From sequence record SRR2962707_1875: DNA of 32,422 bases. One strand, given 5' to 3'. The stretch's first letter is position 1, and each line of letters begins with the position of its first letter. Made by a program: the position numbers and the translations under genes. The notes beneath the pieces were generated by a model. The model was not told the DNA's origin. It worked only from the letters and a program-made list of their open reading frames with translations, and did no database searches. Positions 18,883-26,741 of this stretch are shown piece by piece.

Positions 18883-20915
18883 GGTAATGTCCTTGCTTTG
18901 GCCTCGGTAGCGGGGATGATAACCCGGAAGCAGACCCCGTCAATGCCACTCTGGTGCTGGTTTCTGGCCTCTACCCGGCCACCATGGTAGTCGGCAATCA
19001 GTCGCACGATCAGCAAGCCCTGGCCAAGATGCCCGTCGTGGGCGCCGCTGCGTTGCGAGACGAACGCACCGAAAATATCGACGCCGTCATGGTCAGGCAG
19101 TCGGGAGCCTTCGTTAAACACCTCGATCAGGTAATGGCTATCGTGAATGTGCAGGCAAACATCAATGCCGCCGCCTTCTGGCGTGAAATCACGGGCATTG
19201 TCCACCAGCTTGTCGAGCATCTGCACCAGCATTTCCGGCGAGCCGTTCATCACACAGTCAGACGCCGGGCCTGAATAAACGATTCGATGCCCGGTATCCA
19301 ACTGCTGGTAGGCGGAGGTGGCTTCGGCCAGCACCCGGGCCAGATCGAACGGCTCTTTTTCGGTGTCCTCAAAGCTCTGCTCCAGCCGGGCGGCTTCGCT
19401 CATGCTGTGCAGGATACGTCGCAGGCGTTCGGTGGCGGTAGCTGCGCGCTCCAGGTATTGCTGCCGTTCGTTCTCGGCGACTCCCTGGGCCAGGTTCTCA
19501 AGGGAAGAACGCACCACCGCGACCGGGGTTTTCAGCTCGTGGGAGAGGCGTCTGGAAAAGCTCTCCAGATACTGATTGTAGTTTTGCAGGCGGGCTACCA
19601 TCTGGGAAAAGTGCTGCTGCAGTTGCCCGAGTTCGTCCCGGCTTCGGGGTGAGGGAATGGCGGCCAGAATGCGACCATCGTCATCGACACTGGCCTCAAC
19701 CAGTGCCTGCAGCCGCGTAATGCGCCAGGAGAGCCAGCTGGCATAACCCAGAAGCACCAGCATCAATGCCAGAATGATCAACAGGCTCCGGGCCAGAACG
19801 CTCCCCAGGGTTGAACCGGACAGGGTCAGTAACTGATCCAGGGACTGCTCCAGTAACAGGATTCGGCCGCCGAACAACTCATGCCGCGTGGCCAGCCAGA
19901 CCGAGCCATCGTCGTGCCGAACCAGACCGTTGTCGGGCAACCGCGTCATCTCCAGCCGATTGTTTTCCTTCGGCAAGTGCATCGGTTCCGGCTGATACAG
20001 GCGAATCAGCCCACTCAGTGCGTTGAGGCTGATCTGTTCCAGAATCTGCCCGGGGGACAAATCATCAAACACCGAGGCTGGGGCTGGCGCAGCGACCCGA
20101 CTGTGGGCCAGTACCCAGGACCCCGGTTCCAGTACTGTGGCCTGCTGTCCGGGGCTGATCTGACTCTTCAGCAGGTGCTCCAGACGGTTGTCCTGTTGCA
20201 CCAGCAGCGGTGGTGGCGCCAGTGTTGTGCCCGTGTTGTTGTTTGGCTGACCTTCCCTGGTGGCCTGAAAGCCAAGCCGGCTGCCTGGTGATGGCAAGGG
20301 GAGTTTAAGTTCCAGTTCCCAGCTTGCGCCTTTGTCCTGCCAACTGGCCTGTAGCCGGTGATCTCTGGCTTGTGCCGGCTCAGCCCGGTACACCGGTACG
20401 TCACCAGGGGCCACCGCACGGATAAACCAGCGTTGCCCCTGGTTGTGGGTGCCCAGTTCCCGGGCCGGGGCTTGAAGCCATAATTCGAGGCGTTCATGGG
20501 CCTGGTCTGGTCGGGCGGGATTATAGAGCGCCAGGCCCTGATCCAGTCGCTGGATCAGCAAATACAGGAACTGGTCATCGTGACTGGCCTGCCAGCGTAA
20601 CGGGGATGTTGTGCCGGCGGTTTGCCAGGGGGCAGGCTGGTCACCATCGTCGAATCCGGGCCAATCATGGCCGTAGCCATCAATGGTGATGGCCTGGTCG
20701 GTGCTGCCTGCGTAGATGGCGCCCTGGTCGGTGGCGACCGGGGTATCCAGCAGCCGGTCGCCGGCCACGTCTGCCAGACGGGCGCCCTGGGCCTGAAGCT
20801 GCTGCAGGGCCTGTTGGCGCAGGGCACTGTCCAGTTCCAGCACAAAGCGTAGCCCTGCCCAGGGAACCAGCAGCATCAGCAAACTGGCCAGCAGCAACTG
20901 CCGTTTCAGGCTCAA
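18879..20915 (-). CDS. pdsS: Proteobacterial dedicated sortase system sensor histidine kinase
   Basis: TM1, periplasmic domain, TM2, HAMP (SRDELGQL), H-box SRRLSHELKTPVAVVRSSLENL, N-box QMLDKLVDNA, GHLGQGLLIV. Lies next to pdsR and the sortase. Confidence 0.85.
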   Translation of the reverse strand: MSLKRQLLLASLLMLLVPWAGLRFVLELDSALRQQALQQLQAQGARLADVAGDRLLDTPVATDQGAIYAGSTDQAITIDGYGHDWPGFDDGDQPAPWQTAGTTSPLRWQASHDDQFLYLLIQRLDQGLALYNPARPDQAHERLELWLQAPARELGTHNQGQRWFIRAVAPGDVPVYRAEPAQARDHRLQASWQDKGASWELELKLPLPSPGSRLGFQATREGQPNNNTGTTLAPPPLLVQQDNRLEHLLKSQISPGQQATVLEPGSWVLAHSRVAAPAPASVFDDLSPGQILEQISLNALSGLIRLYQPEPMHLPKENNRLEMTRLPDNGLVRHDDGSVWLATRHELFGGRILLLEQSLDQLLTLSGSTLGSVLARSLLIILALMLVLLGYASWLSWRITRLQALVEASVDDDGRILAAIPSPRSRDELGQLQQHFSQMVARLQNYNQYLESFSRRLSHELKTPVAVVRSSLENLAQGVAENERQQYLERAATATERLRRILHSMSEAARLEQSFEDTEKEPFDLARVLAEATSAYQQLDTGHRIVYSGPASDCVMNGSPEMLVQMLDKLVDNARDFTPEGGGIDVCLHIHDSHYLIEVFNEGSRLPDHDGVDIFGAFVSQRSGAHDGHLGQGLLIVRLIADYHGGRVEARNQHQSGIDGVCFRVIIPATEAKARTLP

Positions 20916-20918
20916 GAC

Positions 20919-21620
20919 TCAGACCTCACGGGCATTCCAGCGGTAGCCCATGCCATAGGCGGTCTGAATGCCGTCGAACTGGTCATCGAGCTGGCTGAAT
21001 TTGCGACGGATGCGCTTGATGTGGGACGTCACGGTATTGTCATCGAGCACGGTGCTGGCGGCTTCCATCAGCTGCTCGCGGCTGCGTACATGGCCCGGGT
21101 GCTGAACCAGGGCATGCAACATCCAGAATTCAGTTACGGTCAGGTCCACAGGCTGGCCCTGCCAGGCCACCGTCATCCGGTCCACATTCAGGGTCAGCTT
21201 GCCCCGCGTGAGGATGTCATCGGGTTTCTGCAGCGCTTCGGCCCAGGCTTCCGCGCGCCGAAGCAGGGCGGTGATGCGCGCCAGCAGGTGTTCCAGACTC
21301 ATGTCTTTGGTGACGTAATCGTCGGCGCCCAGCCTAAGGCCGTGTACGGAGTCGATGTCGCTGTCGCGTGCCGTCAGGAAAATAATCGGCAGGGTGGCAG
21401 ACAGGCTGCGCAGATCCTGACACAAGGTAAAGCCCCCCTCGGCTTCCTCGCCCAGCCCGACATCGATAATGGCCAGATCTGGCAGGCTTTGGCGCAGCAC
21501 CTGCCAGGCCGCCGGCCGGTCGCCATAGGTGGATACCCGGTAACCCCGGCGTTCGAAGGCCGCGCGATAGTTGTCGCGGATGCCGGCTTCATCCTCAATC
21601 AGGACGATGTGCTTCTTCAT
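20919..21620 (-). CDS. pdsR: Proteobacterial dedicated sortase system response regulator (OmpR family)
   Basis: IEDEAGIRDNY, LPDLAIIDVGLG, GGFTLCQDLRSLSATLPIIFLTARDSD, wHTH LTVTEFWML…VTSHIKRIRRKF…YGMGYRW. Matches my recollection of the marine sortase response-regulator family. Confidence 0.9.
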   Translation of the reverse strand: MKKHIVLIEDEAGIRDNYRAAFERRGYRVSTYGDRPAAWQVLRQSLPDLAIIDVGLGEEAEGGFTLCQDLRSLSATLPIIFLTARDSDIDSVHGLRLGADDYVTKDMSLEHLLARITALLRRAEAWAEALQKPDDILTRGKLTLNVDRMTVAWQGQPVDLTVTEFWMLHALVQHPGHVRSREQLMEAASTVLDDNTVTSHIKRIRRKFSQLDDQFDGIQTAYGMGYRWNAREV

Positions 21621-21809
21621 GGTCGGTTCAGTCTGCCTTGTTGACGAAATCGCAGTGCCATTAAATCACGCTGACCATGGCACACAAGCGATGTAGAAGC
21701 CATTGCCATAATTCATCATTTTTCATCGTCGGCCTGCCTGTTTCTGCCATCGGGTTGCCCCGTGGCTGAGCTGAAATAGTGGCATCACCATCAAGACAAG
21801 GAAAATCCA

Positions 21810-23948
21810 ATGATGCTGCTATCGCTGCTTGCTAACCCGGTCGTTCGGCCGGAATGTCACCATCCCTCCTTAAAACCGTTGCTGTCGACCCGCGCCAGAC
21901 GAAACATGATCCGCTGCGCCGAGGGCATCAGCCTCTGGCTGGCCATGGTGCTGATGTTGTTTGTGCATCCGTTGTATGCCGAGGCCCGCGCCATGGAATC
22001 CGAGCAGCCCGGGCAGCTGTATCTGGTTGATCGCACAAGTGCATGGCAGGAACCGGCCCTGGTTCTGGACAGCCGGTTTGACGTGCAGGTGACCGGGTTG
22101 CTGGCGCAGACGCACCTGACCCGTACCTTTCGCAACACCAGCGATGTCTGGCAGGAAGGCCTGTTTGTATTCCCGTTACCGGAGCAGGCCAGTGTCTATG
22201 GCCTCACCATGACCGTTGGCGAGCGGCGGATTGTGGGCCAGTTACAGCCCCGGGCCCAGGCCCGCCAGAACTATGAAAAGGCGAAGCAGGCTGGCCAGAA
22301 AGCGGCGACCGTGGAGCAGAACCGGCCTAACCTGTTCACCAGCCGGATTGCCAACATCGCACCGGGCGAGGAAGTAACCGTGGAAGTGCAGTATCAGCAA
22401 CCGGTAAATTATCGTCATGGCGAATTCGAGTTGCGTTTGCCTACCACGCTTACCCCCCGATACATGCCGGGCGCCCCTGTTTCCACGCCCGCCAGTGCAT
22501 GGCAATCCGGCTGGTCATTACCCACAACGCAAGTAGCCGATGCCGATGAAATCAGTCCGTTCACGGTGCTTCCGGATGACGTAAACTCTGGCAGTCACCG
22601 CGCAACCATTCAGTTGGATATCGAAGCCGGATTGCCTGTTGATGAGGTGACCAGCCCCAGCCACCCCCTGCAGGTCGAGCTGGAGGGTAGTCGTGCAACA
22701 GTAGCGCCGGAACAAGGGCAAATCCTGATGGACCGGGATGTAATTGTGCGCTGGCGGCCCGCTGATAACCAGGCGCCGACGGCCGCGTTGTTCCGTCAGC
22801 AATGGCAAGGCGAGGATTTTCTGATGGCCATGGTCATGCCGCCGGCAACCACCGGCCAGGTTCTTCGCCGAGAGCTGCTGTTCGTTATCGACACCTCCGG
22901 CTCCATGGCCGGGGAGTCTATCCGCCAGGCTCGCTCGGCTTTGTTGAGGGGGCTCGACACCCTGCGCCCCGGTGACCGTTTCAATGTTATCCAGTTCAAC
23001 AGCCAGGCCCATGCCCTTTATACGCAACCTGTGCCTGCCAATGGCCACTATCTGGCCCGGGCGCGGGATTATGTGCAGGATCTGAATGCCGACGGTGGCA
23101 CAGAAATGGCCGGTGCACTGTCACTGGCGATGGGAATGGACAGCTCGGAGTCGTCCGGCCATGTGCAGCAGATGGTGTTCATGACGGACGGGGCCGTCGG
23201 CAATGAATCGGCCCTGTTCGATCAGATCCGCACCGGGCTTGGAAACCGCCGGCTGTTTACCGTCGCCATTGGTTCTGCTCCAAATATGCATTTTCTCCGG
23301 GAAGCCGCGCGCTGGGGCCGGGGCCAGTACACCGCGGTACACAGCGCAGCGGAAGTGGATAAAGCCCTGGGTAAGCTGTTTGCCGCCATGGAAGCGCCGG
23401 TGATGACGGATGTCGAGGTGCAATGGCCCGGTACTGTTACACAACCGGTCCCGGCCAAACCGGGGGATCTGTTTCATGGTCAACCTCTGGTGCAGGTGGT
23501 TCGTGGCGCACCGGCTGAAGGGGAGCTCACGGTCTCTGGCCGCTTACCCGGTGGCCGGTCGTGGCGCACCAGCCTGGATCTTGCCAGTGCTGCGCCGGGC
23601 AAGGGCCTGGACCGCCAGTGGGCCCGGGGGCGCATCGATGCAGTGATGGACAGCGCGCGCCTGGCGGGCACTGAGCCCGATGAAGCGGCCATCGTCGAGT
23701 TATCACTGAGCCACGGTGTGATGTCGCCGTTCACCAGCTTCGTCGCCATTGAGGAGCGAGTATCCCGACCAGAGGGGGAATCCCTCAATCAGGAGGCCGT
23801 GCCCACCTTGCTGCCGGCCGGCAGCCAGCCAGGAATGCTGCGTTACCCGCAAACTGCCACCTTCGGTCCGTTGCTGACCGCCCTGGGGCTGGTGGGGCTG
23901 ATGTTCTCACTGGCTATTGTCATGCTCAGCCGGAGGCAGACGCTATGA
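21810..23948 (+). CDS. Marine proteobacterial sortase target protein (VIT + vWA domains, C-terminal sorting signal)
   Basis: N-terminal hydrophobic segment, VIT (FVFPLPEQASV…NLFTSRIANIAPG), vWA MIDAS VIDTSGSM, GGTEM, FMTDG, tail YPQTAT-TM-RR. AAGGA RBS. Confidence 0.9.
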   Translation: MMLLSLLANPVVRPECHHPSLKPLLSTRARRNMIRCAEGISLWLAMVLMLFVHPLYAEARAMESEQPGQLYLVDRTSAWQEPALVLDSRFDVQVTGLLAQTHLTRTFRNTSDVWQEGLFVFPLPEQASVYGLTMTVGERRIVGQLQPRAQARQNYEKAKQAGQKAATVEQNRPNLFTSRIANIAPGEEVTVEVQYQQPVNYRHGEFELRLPTTLTPRYMPGAPVSTPASAWQSGWSLPTTQVADADEISPFTVLPDDVNSGSHRATIQLDIEAGLPVDEVTSPSHPLQVELEGSRATVAPEQGQILMDRDVIVRWRPADNQAPTAALFRQQWQGEDFLMAMVMPPATTGQVLRRELLFVIDTSGSMAGESIRQARSALLRGLDTLRPGDRFNVIQFNSQAHALYTQPVPANGHYLARARDYVQDLNADGGTEMAGALSLAMGMDSSESSGHVQQMVFMTDGAVGNESALFDQIRTGLGNRRLFTVAIGSAPNMHFLREAARWGRGQYTAVHSAAEVDKALGKLFAAMEAPVMTDVEVQWPGTVTQPVPAKPGDLFHGQPLVQVVRGAPAEGELTVSGRLPGGRSWRTSLDLASAAPGKGLDRQWARGRIDAVMDSARLAGTEPDEAAIVELSLSHGVMSPFTSFVAIEERVSRPEGESLNQEAVPTLLPAGSQPGMLRYPQTATFGPLLTALGLVGLMFSLAIVMLSRRQTL

Positions 23949-24532
23949 GCCGTGCGTTGCTATTGTTGGTGGGTTGTTCCGCCACCCTGCTGGTCTTTGG
24001 TTTGTGGATTCCGTTCAAGGCACTGGTGGCCCAGGAAATGCTGGAGTTGGCCTGGGCCGAGAGCCAGGCCCGACAGAGCGAAGCAAGGCCCTGGCCCTGG
24101 GCCGATACCTGGCCAGTGGCGAAGCTGGATATACCGGAACAAGGCGTGTCCATGATCGTGCTGGAGGGCGTTCATGGTGAAAGCCTCGCGTTTGGTCCGG
24201 GGCGGGTGCCCGGTAGTGAAGGCCCCGGTGCGCCGGTGGTGCTCGCGGGCCACCGTGACACCCACTTTCGGCATCTGCAGCATCTGGAACCGGGCGATGC
24301 GGTCAGGCTGCAGGGCATGGATCGGCAGTGGCGACGTTATCAGGTGACAGCCACCCGGGTGGTGGACAGTTCCCGTGAGTCTCTGGATACCCGGTCTCTG
24401 GCCCGGGATACCCTGGTATTGATCACCTGTTACCCGTTTGACAGCCTGGACGCTTCCGGCCCGTTGCGTTATGTGGTGGAGGCAAAGCCGGCTTACGGTA
24501 TGGAACAAATTGATACTGTCGCCGCTCTGTGA
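23945..24532 (+). CDS. Class GN (Gram-negative marine) sortase
   Basis: N-terminal TM, PWPWADTWPVA, catalytic His LAGHRDTHF, Cys LITCYPF, Arg LRYVV. ATGA overlap with the target gene. Confidence 0.95.
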   Translation: MSRALLLLVGCSATLLVFGLWIPFKALVAQEMLELAWAESQARQSEARPWPWADTWPVAKLDIPEQGVSMIVLEGVHGESLAFGPGRVPGSEGPGAPVVLAGHRDTHFRHLQHLEPGDAVRLQGMDRQWRRYQVTATRVVDSSRESLDTRSLARDTLVLITCYPFDSLDASGPLRYVVEAKPAYGMEQIDTVAAL

Positions 24533-24581
24533 TGTTGGCGTACACTTGTGCGCCAAAATGCAGTGGATCGGATCAAACAGA

Positions 24582-25301
24582 ATGTCACAAGTTCGAAAAA
24601 TCCTGGCCTGGCTCAGCGTTCCTGTCGTATGCCTGGTTATGATGTTGCTCTACCTCTTTCGGCCTTTCAATCCTGACAACAACCGTATCCTGGGCTGGGT
24701 CGTGGCAAGAATCGGCCGATGTATTCTGGGTATGACGCGCCCCCTCTACGGCGCTGAAAACATGCCCAAGGATCGGCCGACCGTGATTATCGCCAATCAT
24801 CAGCAGAACGATGATCTGTTTGTAATGGGTGATTTGCTACCGCCTCGTGGGGTGGCGGTTGGTAAATCTTCACTGGTTTGGGTGCCATTCTTCGGGCAGG
24901 TATTCTGGCTGGGAGGCAACATCATCCTGAATCGCGGCCGTGCGGCCAAAGCTGTGGCCACCATGCAGGCCACCAGCGACGCCATTAACCGGGAACGCAA
25001 GAGCATCTGGGTGTTCCCGGAGGGGACCCGCAGCCGTGGCCGTGGCCTGGGTAGCTTCAAGAAAGGGGCGTTTCACATGGCCGTTGCCGCTGGCGCGCCC
25101 ATCACCATGGTGTGTGCGGGCGAATACCATGGCAAATCCAGAGGCTGGACCGGACGACGGGAGCCTGTGCCTTTGCGGATTCTCCCGCCAGTCGAAACAC
25201 AGGGCATGACCAGCGAAGACATTCCCGAACTGATGCACCGTTGTCGCCAACAGATGGAAGAGGCCATTGCTGACCTCGCACTTACCCACGGAACTGCTTG
25301 A
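24582..25301 (+). CDS. plsC: 1-acyl-sn-glycerol-3-phosphate acyltransferase
   Basis: ANHQQNDD (HxxxxD), VGKSSLVWVPFFG, VFPEGTRSRG, FKKGAFHMA. Confidence 0.85.
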   Translation: MSQVRKILAWLSVPVVCLVMMLLYLFRPFNPDNNRILGWVVARIGRCILGMTRPLYGAENMPKDRPTVIIANHQQNDDLFVMGDLLPPRGVAVGKSSLVWVPFFGQVFWLGGNIILNRGRAAKAVATMQATSDAINRERKSIWVFPEGTRSRGRGLGSFKKGAFHMAVAAGAPITMVCAGEYHGKSRGWTGRREPVPLRILPPVETQGMTSEDIPELMHRCRQQMEEAIADLALTHGTA

Positions 25302-25372
25302 ACAGCCAGTGAAAACAGGGCAGTCTTTTGGACGAAACTGACGCTGATTCTGGACATCTGGGGAGTGACATA

Positions 25373-25615
25373 ATGAACCTGATCTGGTTTCTGATCATTG
25401 GTGGTCTGGCCGGCTGGCTGGCCGGACTGATCATGAAGGGCAAGGGCTTTGGCGTGTTGGCCAACATTGGTATCGGGATTGTCGGCTCGTTTATTGGCGG
25501 CTTCCTGTTTGGTCTGTTGCAGCTGTCGGCCCACGGTGCCATTGGTCGCCTGGTTACCGCAACAGTCGGGGCCGTGCTGCTGCTGGCCATCGTCAACAAG
25601 ATCAAGAAGGGCTGA
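25373..25615 (+). CDS. GlsB/YeaQ/YmgE family (transglycosylase-associated) small membrane protein
   Basis: LIIGGLAGWLAGLIMKG…NIGIGIVGSFIGG…ATVGAVLLL. GGGAG RBS. Confidence 0.9.
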   Translation: MNLIWFLIIGGLAGWLAGLIMKGKGFGVLANIGIGIVGSFIGGFLFGLLQLSAHGAIGRLVTATVGAVLLLAIVNKIKKG

Positions 25616-25616
25616 C

Positions 25617-26018
25617 ATGATCGTACCTGTCACTGCTGTTTTTGCGGCTGTCACCGGCCTGCTGTTGCTGGTGCTGTCGGCTCAGGTGGTCAAGTACCGG
25701 CTGAAATACCGCAAGGGTCTGGGCGTCAATGAGGATCCGGAGTTCGAAGCTGCCGTCCGGGCCCACGCCAATCTTGTGGAATACGCACCGCTGGGTTTGA
25801 TCATGCTCGCCATTGCGGAGCTCAATGGCGTTTCCGGTTCGCTGATCTACTGGACCGGGATGGCGTTGGTGGTCGGCCGCATTCTGCATGCCTGGGGAAT
25901 GATCAACGGCAAGGGCGGGCCACATTGGGCACGCATGATTGGTATCCTGCTAACCTGGCTGGCGATTCTGGTTGCGGCACTGTTGCTGTTCTGGAACGTC
26001 TGGCAGGTATATGGCTGA
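25617..26018 (+). CDS. MAPEG family membrane protein (YecN-like)
   Basis: VRAHANLVEYAPL, GRILHAWG, four TM segments. Starts 1 nt after the preceding stop. Confidence 0.9.
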   Translation: MIVPVTAVFAAVTGLLLLVLSAQVVKYRLKYRKGLGVNEDPEFEAAVRAHANLVEYAPLGLIMLAIAELNGVSGSLIYWTGMALVVGRILHAWGMINGKGGPHWARMIGILLTWLAILVAALLLFWNVWQVYG

Positions 26019-26039
26019 AACAGTGTCCAGCCATTGAAT

Positions 26040-26061
26040 AACGGGGCCTTGGGGCCCCGTT
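26040..26061. terminator. Rho-independent terminator between convergent genes
   Basis: AACGGGGCC-TTGG-GGCCCCGTT followed by TGTGTTTCT. Confidence 0.75.
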
Positions 26062-26075
26062 TGTGTTTCTGTCGA

Positions 26076-26516
26076 TTACAGCGCCCGGGCGACGTCCAGG
26101 CTCAGGTATTCCAGTTCCACACGCCGGTTGGCGGCGTGGTCCTCCGGCCTGGTCAGCGGGCGATCCGAGCCCCAGGTGGCAAGCAGGATGGACGATTGCG
26201 ACACGCCTTCCTGAATCAGTAGCCGGGCCACAGCGTTGGCTCTGAGCCGGGCCAGAAACCGGTTGTATTCGGCAGAGCCAAAGTTGTCGGCATGGCCGTG
26301 AATGCGAACCTGCATGCCGGGGTGCCCTTTGATATAGGCCGCGTGCCGCTTGAGCATATCGATATCCGGGGCATCCAGCGTGTGTTTGTTGAAACCGTAG
26401 TGGAATCGGGTACGGTGGGGGCGGTCGGCGTCGGCCGACAGTTGCCCGTTGGCGCCCGCGAAGGCCAGGGCGGCCTTGGCCAGCATATCGGGGTTGTCCA
26501 GAACAAGTACGGTCAT
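26076..26516 (-). CDS. OmpA-C / Pal-like peptidoglycan-binding domain protein without a signal peptide
   Basis: FHYGFNK…IHGHADNFGSAEYNRFLARLRANAV…WGSDRP…NRRVEL. GAGGA RBS, and an in-frame TGA 17 codons upstream rules out an N-terminal extension. Confidence 0.8.
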   Translation of the reverse strand: MTVLVLDNPDMLAKAALAFAGANGQLSADADRPHRTRFHYGFNKHTLDAPDIDMLKRHAAYIKGHPGMQVRIHGHADNFGSAEYNRFLARLRANAVARLLIQEGVSQSSILLATWGSDRPLTRPEDHAANRRVELEYLSLDVARAL

Positions 26517-26741
26517 TTGCTGCTTCCTCGAGTCGAGTGCCCGGCGTTTTTTGTTATGTCCCCTTCACTATTGATGTCAGAGGCCATAACGGCAATTGGC
26601 GAATGGTCGATAGCCGCCCGGGTTCTATAGCTACCGATTGAATGGCATTTGTGTGACTGTGTGATTACACCGGGAAAAGAAGGCCCCGCTGTGGTAAAAA
26701 GCAGCTTTTCAGGGACAGATTATGATGAATTGTGACCGCCC

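Noticed and set aside
21640-21695. TGGCAC on both strands as sigma-54 -24 elements
   Set aside because: Neither has TTGC at the -12 position (CGAT and TTTC instead).
16791-23948. DUF815 ATPase and the VIT-vWA protein as a MoxR-vWA chaperone pair
   Set aside because: DUF815 is not recognisably MoxR, the vWA protein is exported while the ATPase is cytoplasmic, and they are in different transcription units.
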